Of a stretch of 64,000 nucleotides of DNA, positions 1 through 13,176 are shown piece by piece. The notes beneath the pieces were generated by a model. The model had not been told where the DNA came from, did no database searches, and was given only the letters and a program-made list of their open reading frames with translations. The stretch's first letter is position 1. Each line of letters starts with the position of its first letter. The position numbers and the translations under genes were made by a program. Source of the DNA: Phoronis australis (lineage: Eukaryota > Animalia > Phoronida); assembly GCA_002633005.1 (NCBI GenBank), contig NMRA01000204.1, forward strand, positions 190,260-254,259. Reading direction: 5' to 3'.

Positions 1-674
1 CTGAGTTATATTTTTGCAGTCTCGCCTCAAGTTAATGGATTTCTACTGTCTTTTATCTTCAAGGGTATATAAACTATAATTGTTTATGGTGGGAAGGGAG
101 AGTGCTCAAAAGTTTGCCTTATTGTTGAATGAGTAAAGTATCTGTCCTGTAAGTGGCCCATGTCCTGCCTTTGATCCAATAGTTGAATCCAGGGATCTGT
201 GAAAGATTAAGGGATCAGAGTTTGCATGTGACCATACCTGTGCAGGGTTATTGGCATGGACCTACTCCTGCTGGGCTGGCAGTTAATCCTGTCTATAGTT
301 AAAGGAATCTTTGAAGTCATCATTCACACTGTGCTGTGGGGGTAATCTTGTTCTTTGAAGTATTCATCACTTTGGGTACGTGAATAAGACCAGTTGCTTT
401 GATCTGGTTGTTTGAAGATATGAGTTATGTGGATTCCTTCTGAAATTTTAGATTAAATATGTCAAGGCAGGAATTGTTAAATGTTAAATTTAACCATAAT
501 TGCTACTGATCAAAACCTTCTTCAAACTAAATTTTTTCCAGTCATTTGTTGCTTTTTAGCAAAAAATTAAAAATCATTAAAAAAATTGTTGCTTTTCAAA
601 AAATTCTTTGCACCTTGAAAGTGATCGTCAGCCCGTTTAATTATGTCATAAAACAATCTATGGAGTGTTGAACT

Positions 675-919
675 CAGGGCTTGGAATTTTCCTCTTTTAA
701 ATTAACTACTTCCTCTTTTTTCGATTTCCTTTTGTTTGATTTCCAGTTTCCTCTTTTTTGTCTCTTTTTCATTATTTTGACTTCATTCATGACAAAACAT
801 TTATTTCAGTTAAATTTTACAACACAAAAAATTCTATCACAAAAGCCTATTTATTTGTGGAATGATACATCACCTGGAAAGTTTTCCTCTTTTTTTGTCA
901 TTCATCATTCCAAGCCTTG
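675..919. mobile_element. hAT-like MITE (family 1, copy 1)
   Basis: Ends cagggcttggaa / ttccaagccttg (12-bp TIR, one mismatch). A homologous copy lies at 24107-24354. No clear TSD. Confidence 0.7.
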
Positions 920-2198
920 CAAACTAAAACTTTAATCCGTGATCAGATATGTTAACACTTTGATGTGTGTCATCCGATCCTCAGGGATTTACAATAGAGG
1001 GAATTTAAATTCCGCCAATATGTGATTACTTTTCAAAAACACTCGTGAATGAGCCTTTTATTTACGCCACTGAGCATTTGGTTCATTTTACGTAGTATAT
1101 TCCTAGTTTTTGAACAGTTCATACAAAAAATGGTGATGTGAACGCAGTTTATTCCAATGCGTTTAGTAAAGTGCTGGACGTTAGGAACGAAGCTATACTC
1201 GAGGAAATGCTTTGAAGTTATCTTGGATTTGTCCTCTTGACATACTAAGTGCAAGATTTCTTTCATCCTCTGAAGAGTTGTATTTGCTAATGATATATAT
1301 AGTCACGGAGGGAAATGTTTCTAGGAAAGACAGCCTGTAATGTTATTGTTATTGTCATTATTAACCTTTCGCCTGTGCTGGCTGTACCTATTGGTTCTCA
1401 CTGCTGCCTGTACTGGCTGGGGTTACTGGTTCTTACAGAATCACCAAGGGCTGTGAATGCATGCTCTAATCTCAGTCCGTTTCCTTCTTCATTTTGATCT
1501 CTGATGTCATTTTCACGGAGTAAGCGAAATAGTTGATCTTGGTTGAAGGTTTTCTACCAAACCTTCAGAATTTGAAGGTGATAATACGTAGTGGAACCCT
1601 ATTCTTTTCTGGTGAAGCAACACACGATAGGCTTTGATGTTTTATAATTTAGAATTAATTTGCGCGACGTCAGTTTTGATTTCCAAATAACCATTACTCG
1701 TTCACTTTTTGAGTGAAGTTAATAGCTGAAGCTTTGATTGGCCTGCAGTATTCTGATTGGATTATGCGTGCTTAATATCGCTTTATGATCGCCCTAGTGA
1801 TCTCATCTTAAAGTGGAAGTGTAAACAGTTATATTTTGATGCTTGAGTATGCAGGCTTGAAATGGTCGATTAAGTTCTTTCGAAATATGCTATGGTGGAA
1901 AATCTTGTAACTTGAGGTCACATTTGTCAGGTGGGAAGATCTGATGTTTGCTGCATGGAACATTTCAGTTCATGCTCAAGTTGGTCAGCCCTGATGTCTG
2001 ACTTGATTACCTGTCAGTGAGTAATTAATTCTAATATATACGTGCCATTGTTAATGGTAGTTCATATAATACGACTCTCCATCAATGAATGTGCCGACAT
2101 TTAGCTGTAACATAGCTGATGTTATGTGGTTATACTATTAATACGTTATTTTACAATAATTCATTTACTTTATCAACTATTCACATCTTTTCCTACAG

Positions 2199-2337
2199 AA
2201 TGTGACTGCTGCCTATAGAAACTTCCAGCACCGACTAGCCAACCCAGACTCTGTACTTCCCGATGCTCCAGAGCTGATGCCCTCAAGACTGATTAGTGCT
2301 GACACCCTTGGGCCAGCCCCTAAATCTACCTTGTTCA
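2199..2337 (+). CDS. OFD1: OFD1-like internal coding exon (first visible; upstream exons lie outside the window)
   Basis: Acceptor ttttcctacag, donor gtaagt. Translates NVTAAYRNFQHRLANPDS...KSTLF and ends in phase 1. Resembles vertebrate OFD1 RLEKAFRSYHRR (from memory). Confidence 0.8.
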
Positions 2338-2688
2338 GTAAGTTAATGTACTACTGAAACTGAATGACTAGATTATTGTAAATTCTGTTGCAATCTCAGT
2401 ATTCTAGCAAGGCTGTTTGTTGTTAGCTAATAATGATCTTGTCAGAAAGGGTAAAAAATTGACAAAAAATACAATTTAATTTTGTAGTTCTAGCTAAAAA
2501 TGTTTGGCGGTTAGCCGTGTACAGAAAAGGAAACCTTTACAAGATATTTAGTAATGACTGCATTAATGGTCACCCCATACTTTAAAAATATAGTTTTTAA
2601 TATTATTACCTTTGCATTGCTGTATTAAACACAATCTGTGGAAATTTTTGTGTCATAAAATATATTTTACTACTTTATTTTATCGCAG

Positions 2689-2772
2689 CCCACTATGAAG
2701 ATTATCGGTCTCCAACCACATTTACCCGCCCACTCTCATCAACACCATTTAAGGGTGACATGAGAAACACAG
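2689..2772 (+). CDS. OFD1: OFD1-like coding exon
   Basis: Acceptor ttttatcgcag, donor gtaaat, 84 nt, phase 1-1. THYEDYRSPTTFTRPLSSTPFKGDMRNT; RPLSSTP matches the OFD1 RLSSTP motif. Confidence 0.82.
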
Positions 2773-3745
2773 GTAAATTGCAAACTCACTTAAATGATAA
2801 ACGTCTCTGGGCAACTATACTTTCTTAACATTTTATCTGTGAAAGTATTTCTTTATATTCTTAACTATATATACGAACACAAATATTTTCACCTTTCATT
2901 AAGTTTCCTTTGTTGCCAATCAGCATCTGTTGTCTCATTAGTGAAGTATTAAAGTGGAACTTGCGGGCTAATTCTTTATCTCCACGATTGCTTGGCCAAA
3001 TTAGTTAGAAACACAACATATAGCGACGGTGTGAATATGAAGTAGGTTGAAAATTGCCAAATATTTCTAAGAACAAGTTTTGTGGCGAAAATGATGCGCC
3101 GCAAATCACTGAAGAGTGTCTAGTAAGTATCGTGACGTGGTGCTGGCGAATATCACCGCGTGATGCGGGCTATTTGAACCCGTGAGGTCCGTCATGAGTT
3201 CAAAGGTCACCTATTTGTAGAATCTTTTGTCTTCACATTAACAAGTTGACAATGACTACAACTACAGTTTGTTTAGTGTAGATTATGTTAATGTAGCTTT
3301 GTCATTTAATTCATGCTGTACATTAGTATTAGTAGCATGCAATTACATCTTTAACTGACTTATTTATGTACGGGATTTTCTAATTATCAGTGATTGAAGC
3401 ATAAAGATGAAAAATGTTCCGTAAGTGTCATTGTAACTAGAAAATACTGTGAATCTGATGCTAAAGAAGCAGTTGTGACAATGGCACAATTTGCTATCTC
3501 CGCTTTCAAACAAAATTGAGCCTACTTGCACTGTTGAGTTTGGTTAGTATTATTTGGGAATGCCATGCCTGTTGAAGCTGCGTTGCTCTTTAAACAATTC
3601 TTCCAGCATTGCCACCTCTGAATGAACATCAACCTGTCACAAGTTCAGGTCTATTGTAACTTGACCCATGGTAAGTTGGGAACCCCTTGCAGTTTTACAT
3701 ATCTGTGAAGACGGGTGATCAATTCACATTTTGTTGACTTTGCAG

Positions 3746-3866
3746 TGAAAGCACGAAATAATCACAGTCCTCCAACTCAAGATGGAGCTGATGACGGCGC
3801 TCATCTCGCCACCTCTCCTGATGTGTCTGCTGTACCACAGGTGTCGCCACTGCAGGAAATAAAGCG
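3746..3866 (+). CDS. OFD1: OFD1-like coding exon
   Basis: Acceptor gactttgcag, donor gtaacg, 121 nt, phase 1-2. Open frame VKARNNHSPPTQDG...LQEIK. Confidence 0.75.
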
Positions 3867-4412
3867 GTAACGATTTATCAGCAGTTTCAAGTTATTGATG
3901 GTGATGGGACAGTGTGCATGTTACACTGCAACTAACTGGACATTGGCTTTTCAAACACCACTGAGTATTGATTCGTTGGGCTGTAGCTGTCGGACGCTGC
4001 TAGAAAAACAGCTACCAGACAGCCGAGGCTCTTTCGGAAACATTCAGTTGCCTCGAGGGGTCTCTCATTTGGACTGTAAGAAGAGGGGCTCACTTTGTTG
4101 ACAGCTTGACTACTACTTCTATTGATGAATGATATATTTCAGTAGTCAAAAACTGATATGATATTGACGTCTTGCCTCATTTTTCACACGTACCATTTTG
4201 TGCAAGACCACTAATTGTCTTTGTGTGATCATTTTGCTTCAATTGATGATAAGCTACTGATATTCTTGTCTAAAATCCCTGACAATGCATATGCACTCTG
4301 TTTTTGGGAAGGAACGAAAATGACACTGATTTGAGAGCAACAAATGGTCTGGGTCAGAACGCGCTATTCACATGTGAAAGGTTTCTGTGAGTCTTGCTTC
4401 CTTCTGTTGCAG

Positions 4413-4507
4413 TGTAGCACCACTGACTGTAGATGAACTCGGTCCGAAGCCTTTGTCAGCCGCAGATCGTGTCGATGCATTGGACACAGATCATCAGCCA
4501 TCTCAAG
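4413..4507 (+). CDS. OFD1: OFD1-like coding exon
   Basis: Acceptor cttctgttgcag, donor gtatgt, 95 nt, phase 2-1. RVAPLTVDELGPKPLS...HQPSQ. Confidence 0.75.
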
Positions 4508-5240
4508 GTATGTAAGTTGAGGTTCTGAGTCTAAGATCACTAAACTTTTATCAAGAATCATCTCGAAAATTTACCAACTTCGGTGTGAAATTAAGTTTAT
4601 TTTAAGAGTGGCATGCCATTTTTCTTGAGTGAAATTTGGTGATCATAGGCCAAGGTCACTGTTGCATCTTTGTCCCTGAGGGTGAATTTGACTCTGTTTA
4701 ACCAGTAAATATACACATTTTGTCCCCTGTTTTACTGGGTCATCTAGTTGGCTATGAGTCCCATTTACGTAACCAAAGGACACGTGTTTCTTGTTATGTA
4801 GGTTGTTATGCTACTACCAGCTGTAATTTTATGACAATATTTCCAGTAAATGGCAGTTTCAAGATTAATACTGCAGGTGTGTCAAAACTGTGAAATTTTA
4901 TCAACCCTTAGTTGTGGCAATAAGGAGTGTTAGACTTCTGAGAAGTTTCTCGCTGAGTTAAATGTACATTGTAGCTTTTAACTTGATGTAGAAAAATGTC
5001 ACTGAGTTATGTTTGATCATGTTTTGTGTGACTTGTACTTGCGATTACCCAGAAGTTTAACATTGAGGTTTCTGCCATATAGATGTCATGAAGGGAAAAT
5101 CCTTTCACATTTGCTTACCAGAGAACATTGTGGTTTATTTGTGCACCGCCAAAATCTGATTGTTAAGCACTGTAGGAAGAAAAACCCATCATGTTTTGCA
5201 AGTTGGAGAGAGCTTATTAAGTTTACATTGGGGATTTCAG

Positions 5241-5511
5241 TTATCCAACCTGTGGAGCATACAAGATCTGATCCTCAACACACATGCCCACAGCTTGAGT
5301 TGCGGACAGTGGGACATGCGGTAGTTGGACAAGGTCTCGAGCAAGCAATCTCAAGGCCTGATCCTGAGCAGACGATGATGAAACATGAGTCTAAGCAGGT
5401 GACTGCGGTACATGAGCCAAAGCAGACGGTCTCACTGCAGGAGGTGAAGAGTGAGCAGACGACAACTGCTCGTCTGGAAACTGAGCAGGAGAGGCAAGAG
5501 AGGGAAGACAG
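5241..5511 (+). CDS. OFD1: OFD1-like coding exon (low-complexity linker)
   Basis: Acceptor atttcag, donor gtagga, 271 nt, phase 1-2. Forms the 3' part of ORF 5009..5515, ending EQERQEREDR. Confidence 0.75.
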
Positions 5512-6187
5512 GTAGGACTCTTCAGTGGCTTGATGTTTTCATAGCCTTTAACCATATAGTTTGGTAGCAGCCATTCATTAAAACTGACTTGGTTGAAAAC
5601 ATGACTGTACTTTCTGATGGACAGCTTGATGTACACTCGTTTATACTCTCTGCACATTTTCCCATCTTCAAGTGTGAAGTTGTAAAGCAAATTGCCATTG
5701 GAGATTACAAACAAACAAGTTAACATAGTTGTAGCTATATTTTGAGAGCACTTGGTAATATGAATGTGGTGGAAGCGAAATAAACGGCGAAATAAACAAA
5801 ACTAATTGCCAAAATTGCCCCCTTTTTTGTTTTCCAAAGGCTTCGAAACACTGTTGTAAATGCTTCAATTTTTCAAACTTCTGATTGTAGCTTTGATACA
5901 GAAATTGAACTCTTGAATACATTAATTTTGTACAACTTACTTTTCATGGAAAAATGAGAAAATAAAATTTAACTCATCCTCCATATTTTATCCTAAATTG
6001 GCGAGATTTTACTGTACTCGTCAACTTTTACGGAATAATAAATCCATTGAAAAACTAAACGTTATATCCACGAAAACTCGTGGGAAATGAAAACACAATG
6101 CGAGTTAGAGCCGTATGTTTTGCGTCCATGTCCTTGAATGAGTTTGACTTTCAGTTGTTACAAGTCGGTAAACGTTATGTTTGTCAG

Positions 6188-6287
6188 AGAGTGGGAGGAG
6201 CAGCGCAGGCGGCGTGAAGAAGACAGGAAGAGGAAACAGGAGGAAGAGTTTGAGCGTGCTCAGCGAGAGCTGGAGGAGCTTAAGAAG
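6188..6287 (+). CDS. OFD1: OFD1-like coding exon (E/R/K coiled coil)
   Basis: Acceptor tttgtcag, donor gtgtgc, 100 nt, phase 2-0. REWEEQRRRREEDRKRKQEEEFERAQRELEELKK. Confidence 0.85.
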
Positions 6288-7000
6288 GTGTGCTGGTTTT
6301 TAAGAAGTGGTTATCATTAAGTACTATTTATTGAAAAAGTTGATCAGGAAGTCATCCGTGTTTCTGTTTACAAGTGTCCATGCTCATTTGAAAGCTAATC
6401 GATTTCATAGCTGTTGTGTAGTATTTCAGCAGTTGGTTTGATTGGTTTATATTTTGGTGTCTGGGTTTGTATAAAATGATGAGTGTCACAGCAATCATTT
6501 GGGGCAGAACAGGTACGCTGCGTCACTGTTGTCAGCTTGAAAGAAGGACTGTTCCTTACGTGAAAATAAGAATAACTTTTGGATGGTATCTGGGTGTCAA
6601 CTTTACATTGTATTCTTGTCGATTTCAGTGATGTGCTTGCAGAGACATTCAGCAATTAGGTCAACTTGCCTGATGGAAAGTGATGCAGTGAATGTTTTGT
6701 ACAAATAATGATAGATTTTGAATTTGAGTACCACTGATGCAAACATTGTAAAGTTTGTATATTACTTTTAGCCACAGTGCGTAGAGAAAAATTGTTTAAC
6801 GCAATGTTTATTATTTAACTGTGCTTGTCTCTTTGTTATTGTACTTTGGGGCTCTGTCCTCGAATGCAAATAAAGTTTGGTATGGAGTATGAATCACTAC
6901 ACTCAGTTATGTTGCTGAAAAATTCACAAGATTTAGGCTGACGAAGGTCGTAATGCTCAGTAAAACAATACACTTCATGTTGTCTGCTGTTGTGTTTCAG

Positions 7001-7204
7001 AAAGAAGAAGAGGAGAAAAGACGGCAGACGGCGAGAGAAGCAGAAGATAAAAGAATGGCAGACAGTGAGCAGCTGGAGTCTGTAGAAAAGGCGGAATCTC
7101 AGGAGGCAGGAGAAGAGAAACAGAGTACAGCTGATGAAGGGATTGACCCTGTGATGCAGAAGTATATGAGCATGGTACAGCAGCAGAAACAGCAGGAGAA
7201 AAAG
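7001..7204 (+). CDS. OFD1: OFD1-like coding exon with conserved C-terminal motif
   Basis: Acceptor gtgtttcag, donor gtaaga, 204 nt, phase 0-0. Contains IDPVMQKYMSMVQQQ, similar to vertebrate OFD1 PLEKYMKIIQQ. Confidence 0.88.
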
Positions 7205-10200
7205 GTAAGACAGCATGAGAGGGCGCCGGTAGTATAGTGGCTCAACATTTGTGGATATCGTGTCCTCTTCATGGGTTACTTCCCACTAGTCAGTGGTGTG
7301 TCACATGACCTGTGGCCCTGATATTTATGCGTACCATAGATTTGATGACAAACGATAAGGCACACAACGAGGCAAAGTTTTATGGCAATGCTGTTTTTGA
7401 TTAAAGTACAAATGTCTGGTTTCCGCAGAAATATCTCAGTATTACTTAATGTTTCTTTTTCCTGGATGAACTGTGCATGCAACATTACTGAGGTGATGTG
7501 ATGCTGTCTTGTTTCTGCTGTGTATTTCACACTAAGCCTTGAGCATTGAGCAACTTCATCTCAGCCCGTGTTAAGTTGGTCAATAAGTTTTCTCAGTGAA
7601 ATAGATTGCAGTTTGGCCAACGAGTGTCATCTTACTATAGTTTTATGTATCGTTAATAAGAATCAGAAGAATAGTACTTAATGTTTAAAAGTTGGCTGTG
7701 GTAACAACTGTTTTGTATTCTTAGTGAAAATTATCGGAAAAAGGTTATCTTAAGTTTGTCCCTTCCATTGTTGGGTAACAGGGTCCCTGTCATTTCTTTT
7801 GTTTGATACTTGAATTCTATGTGACTGAACAGTTACTGGGGATTTCCAATTATAGCCCCTGCAAGTGCTCTTTCAGAAACGAGGCTTGGAATCATTTTGC
7901 ATGTCTAGAACATGCGGAGAATGTTGGCAAGGTGACAATATTCCTCAAATTTGGGCTTTCAAAGGACTGTCAAAGTATATCAAGAGAACTAATAACCCAT
8001 GACTGAGTGGGTGGCAATTTAAGTTTCCAAAGGATCTTCCTCATTTTTTCTGAAAATCCCCTTGGGCTCTTTTTGGACTCAAAGTACTTTTTGTCAATAG
8101 GTGGCACTTTATTCCACTAAGCAAGACCTCAAGAGGTGGCACTGTGTTCAGTCAAATTAGTTTTTTTTACATCATTTTAGACGGGAAGTTTATCATTCGG
8201 AATTAAATTTTACTGCATTGTTTACATTTAACAATCCACACCATAGTTGAAGCAATTTAAACGAGCTTCTATTGATTTTTTATTCATAGCATCAAAATTC
8301 TCTTAACACCTTTTTGATTGAGTCAGGAGTACAGGAAAATTGCCTTAGCATACTGTTACATAACTAGTCAAGAGTCGAGCATCGCAGCTTGTTTCTTGCT
8401 TTCTTGAAGAATTCTTAGCTGTGACACTACAGACATGGTTATTGATTTCTTGACGAGCTGTTGTTCTCACCGTTATGTTATGCAAGTCTTGTTAATGGGA
8501 GGAATTGTTTTTTAATTTGTACAGACTGTTATGGTTTGAACTGGGCACTGGACAATGTTTCAGACGCTGTAAATAGTGATATTGACTGCAGCTGTTTTTC
8601 ATCAATTCATAAACTTTCAGAATAATTACACCAATCTTGGAAACTTTCTTATGGAAATACAACAGTGTTACAGCTGTTCCAATTTGTCTCATACATATGT
8701 TGCGGTATAGAAGGAACTATGAACTAATGCTATTTTAACACATCTTTCTCCAGTCATTTAGCGAATTACCAATCGCCTTATTCACACGGTTGCAATATAT
8801 TTTATTTATAACTCAGCGCCTGACAGTTAGTTTAACATCAACTCACGAAATGTGCCCTGGTAAATATGGTCAGTAAAATGAGCAAACTTCTTACACTCCA
8901 CTGATAGACCTTTGAATCAGACCGCTATTTTCTCAACTCGGTCTTAATTTGTATGTGTATTTTATAAAAAATGGTTCGTGGTGCAATGAACCTGGCAGAG
9001 CGGCTGTGCGAACATCTGATGCAATGTGTATCAGACCACCTACTCTATTTTTTTGTGCGGGTCGGTGAAGGTCCATTCCTCCATAAGCGATGCATAGTTG
9101 ACAAAAGTCGAAAATGAAAAAGAATCGAGACATCTGAATTGAAGAACAGGTAACTGGGCTTGAACTCCCAAAATGGCCCTTAACTGGCTTTTTATTTTAA
9201 TTGATTTGAAAATTAGGAGTATAACAATGTGTTCCGTAATGATCAATGTCCCCATCTGGGCTCAATATCCTGCACTGGCTCGCCTCCTACCTGAAGGAGT
9301 AGCTGACGATCCAGACAGGTTGTTTGTGCACGAGTCATGATCGGACCCTTTCGATATTTGATGAAAAATGCCAAGGCGTGCGCCGATGTGTGCGTGGTGT
9401 CTTTGTGGCAACTTGGAATTTTTACCAGATCACCAAACAAAATCTGAGGTCACACTGGTAAGCTGTAGGTTTCCAAATTGACCCTCTGTAACAAGCTTGA
9501 CCAGGTAATCACAAATTACAATGATTATCATGTAAATTCTGCCTCAAGCCCATTTCTATGATCTCTGAATGCGTGGCACTGTACATGGATGATGCAAGGA
9601 CACACTGAAGTCTGTGTGGGGACATAAGTGCATTTGCCGGTTCTTGGACTTCTATTACAGTGATGAGCCGCTAATGTATGATGAGTCGTAATTTTGTTTT
9701 ATTTGGCACCTTATCTTGACTGAATCGCACAACCCAGACAGTGAAAAGCACTGATTTAGTCTGTTGTTGTTGTTTATTAGATGCAAATTGAAAGCATTTC
9801 TCAGCTTGTGATCGATCAATCAGAATGTCCGAATGTTGTGTTGTTCTGTTATTCAATAACAAGCTTGACTCATCGCTCCTTGAGAGTGCTACTCTTCAAA
9901 CTACTAGAAAAGAGTAAATGATGTCCTTTTCATTTAGTAAAATGCTCTCACTACTATGGCATGTGGTCATTTTCACTTTGAAATAATCATCTAGCGAAAC
10001 GCTCACCAATAAAGCTTCTCATTGCTTCCCGTCATTTGATTACATAAAAGTACATTTCATTAATGTACAGTGCCTGTCATTAATATCTTGTGATGGTTTG
10101 TGATTGCCGTATTTTCACGTAATATTTTGATGCAACAAATTGACGCTTATCGATTGCTTTGCTTTCATACAGTATATTGCTTTGGTTGTTTACCTATTTC

Positions 10201-11660
10201 AAGCCTCCCTGAATGTGTGTATAACAGAATTTCCATGTGAACATTTTTTCTGCTATTCGCTATTTTTACCCTTATTTTTAAACGGTATTCTGACACTTTT
10301 TACACGATGATTTTCACCGCTATTGTTCCGTTATTTTACACCGCGCCCTTTCTTAGCAAGTTGGTGGATTTCGTTGTTCTCGTTTGTCTGGAGATTACAA
10401 TGTTTCTGTGGCCATAGACTTCTTTTGTGGTCCAAGACAAATGTCACAAAGCGATGTCATGAAGTGCCATGCGTTTGGTGAACCATGTCCAGTATCTGCT
10501 GGTGGTCTGAGTGATTTTTTGCACCTGTCACATTTTAATCAGCACAAATCGACTACTTTTAGCGGGTAACGAAGTGGCGATCCAAGTTGGGATTTTACTT
10601 GGAATGTTGAAACGAAGATTAAACTAGCAATCAAAGTGGCGATTAAAACATCCATGTAAACAGGCCTCATGTCTGAAAGTTGTCATAAACCGCATTCTGG
10701 TGTCAAAAATGACTTGCTGTACAAGCATATTTAGCCAAAGCAACACGTGTTCTTGTCTTATTCCTTGAACTAAAATTGGTTGACGTGAATAAAAACAGAT
10801 TGGCCCTGATGCAGGCCACTGTGCACAGGCACTTGAAACTAACCCACTGTAGCAAACTTCATAGTCGCCTGTCTGTTCCTTTCAAGCTTGAAAATCATTT
10901 CTATCCTGTGAGGAATTAGGCAATTGGTTTTTATAACGGCAAGTGGTTGAAATTAGATAAAATCATAGAAAAGGAATCGGACACACTTTATTAAACAAAA
11001 TAAAATACGATACAATCATTAAACAGAATACGATATTATACACTTATTTACAAAATTAGAAATAAATTCCTCCAATGTTTGCCGAGGTATTTGAGCTACC
11101 CTAAAGACATGTCGAACGCCATCGTGTTCTTTGAGAACGCATGCATTACACTCATTTATACGAGTGTAATGCAACTGTCACTTTACAAAGCATGGAAGTC
11201 GCTGATAGAACATGCTCAGATTGTATTGCAATAACAATCCTTGTTTTTTTGAGAATTCGTACATGACACTCGCTCATACGAGTGCACTCTACAAGTGCTT
11301 TGCACTCGTTTAGACGAGTGCTTTGCAATCATCTCTGTACAATGCAGAGGTGAATCCGAAAGTCACCAATAGAACATACTGGAGAGTTGTGGACATCTGT
11401 TCGCTGGTAACCACTGCAGAATCTAGATTATATTCTACCCCGGATACTAGTGCATAAACATCTGTAATCAGAAGAACTTTAGAATTCATGTGTACATAGT
11501 TACTGCAGTGATTCTAATGCAGTTACATATTTTTGTATAGTCTAGTGCAATGCATGCATTCTCAAAGAACACATCAGTTTGCTTGAAATCAGCCACTGAA
11601 CGTGTTCTATCAGCGACTTCCACCTTTACGCATGCATTGTACAGCAATGGTCTCAAAAGG

Positions 11661-11732
11661 ACACGTTGGCGTTCCATAGAAAGAACACGTTGGCGTTCCA
11701 TAGAAAGAACACGTTGGCATTCCATAGAAAGG
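11661..11732. repeat. 24-bp tandem repeat, three copies
   Basis: Unit acacgttggcgttccatagaaaga at 11661, 11685 and 11709 (the last has two changes). Confidence 0.95.
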
Positions 11733-13125
11733 AACAGGACTCCGTTGTTGGATGTCATCATGCCTTTTCTCAGAAGTTAGCTGCAAATAGAATTTTATTA
11801 TAGCATGAAATTTGCTTCATAATATTCCTCACTGTCATAGGACTTGATGTCCATTACCAACAAGAACATCAAAACCATCGGCAATTCAAGAAAATGCTTC
11901 AGCGTTTATTTGGGGTTACCCAGCCCAAAATTGGGAATTCAAAAAGGCGCACGCAGGCATTGCTTTTGACTTAATTTGCCGGCTCATTTGGCACCAATTC
12001 AAGAATAGGTAAGAGTGGTAATGTTTTTAAGCCTCGGAGCACTTCGGTTGAAAATTCAGCATTGTCAGCTGAACAATGGCGAAGTGTAACTTTGATTCGC
12101 AATATTTTTTCGCTCAGACTCCAAAATATGAGGTAGAACCGTGTCAGTAACGAAAATCGATAACTACGTTTTCGTCGTGGAACCATTTTCAATGGTTCAT
12201 TGTTGATGCTCATCTTTTTGAGTATTGATTCTAGACTTTGTTAATTGACTTTCCGGCTCCTGCACCGAGTCTAGTGTGCTGACGTCGGGCTTGTTCAAAT
12301 AATGGTGCTGGTTATGTAAACACTTTCTTGCTATTTACTGGGCACCGGTATGGTTATTAGGTTTTTTAATTGCATCATATCCAAGTGAAAAATTGTGCAC
12401 ATAAAAGGGCAATGAAATAACGCTAGTGCTGCAATGGTATTTAAGTAGCTCAGTTACTGGTAAAAACAATGTTCATATGTACTTGAAGTACTTGAGATTC
12501 TGTTCTCTAGAAATTTTGTAACATAAAATTCTACCATTTTTTAACAGTTCTAAGATTTGACACTCAAATGGACTGGATTTACAATCATTTTTCATTTTCC
12601 TCTTGTCTTACCATGGAAAATAGGATTTAACTTAAATTTTGTCAACCATATTTATATTATGTCCCAGGGTTGGTGCTATAGTTGTTCTCCACAGAGTCTT
12701 TGTAATTCCCATGCAACAAAAACACAAAAAACACTAAAAACAAGAAGACACATATTGTCCATTTTGTCATGGCATCGCTCCAGAGAGTGCTTTCATTTTG
12801 TATTTGTTTCATACAATGACAAAATACAATAAGTTGAGATAAGAAACAGGGTACAAAATTTGTAGGTTGATATCATTTGTTGCATTTTTTCTTACTTTAA
12901 TACGCATATCAAAAATAAATGTGATTTATCCTCCATAACTTGATGTGGAAAATTGTGATTCTTTAAAAGCGTGTGTTGATATTGAGACATACGCCACCAG
13001 GAGTCGCAGAAGTTTGAAAGTTAGCGGGGTCGACGAAACATTGCTTTCAACTTCTCAAGTAAGTCCAGGAAAGAATTTGAATTTCCTGTACCGCATTATA
13101 CCACTGCGTTATTAATTTATTATAG

Positions 13126-13176
13126 GTTGCAAAGTCTGCTGTGGAACTGTGGCAGAAGGGAAAACGGCCAAGTCAG
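13126..13176 (+). CDS. OFD1: Probable OFD1-like small exon (possibly a cassette)
   Basis: Acceptor tttattatag, donor CAG|gtgaga, 51 nt, phase 0-0. VAKSAVELWQKGKRPSQ. Confidence 0.6.

Noticed and set aside
6836-7216. 126-aa minus-strand hydrophobic ORF
   Set aside because: Antisense shadow of the purine-rich OFD1 exon.
11661-11732. 24-bp repeats as CRISPR or as a coding repeat (ORFs 11486..11761 and 11550..11780)
   Set aside because: Head-to-tail with no spacers; the ORFs are by-products of a unit length divisible by three.
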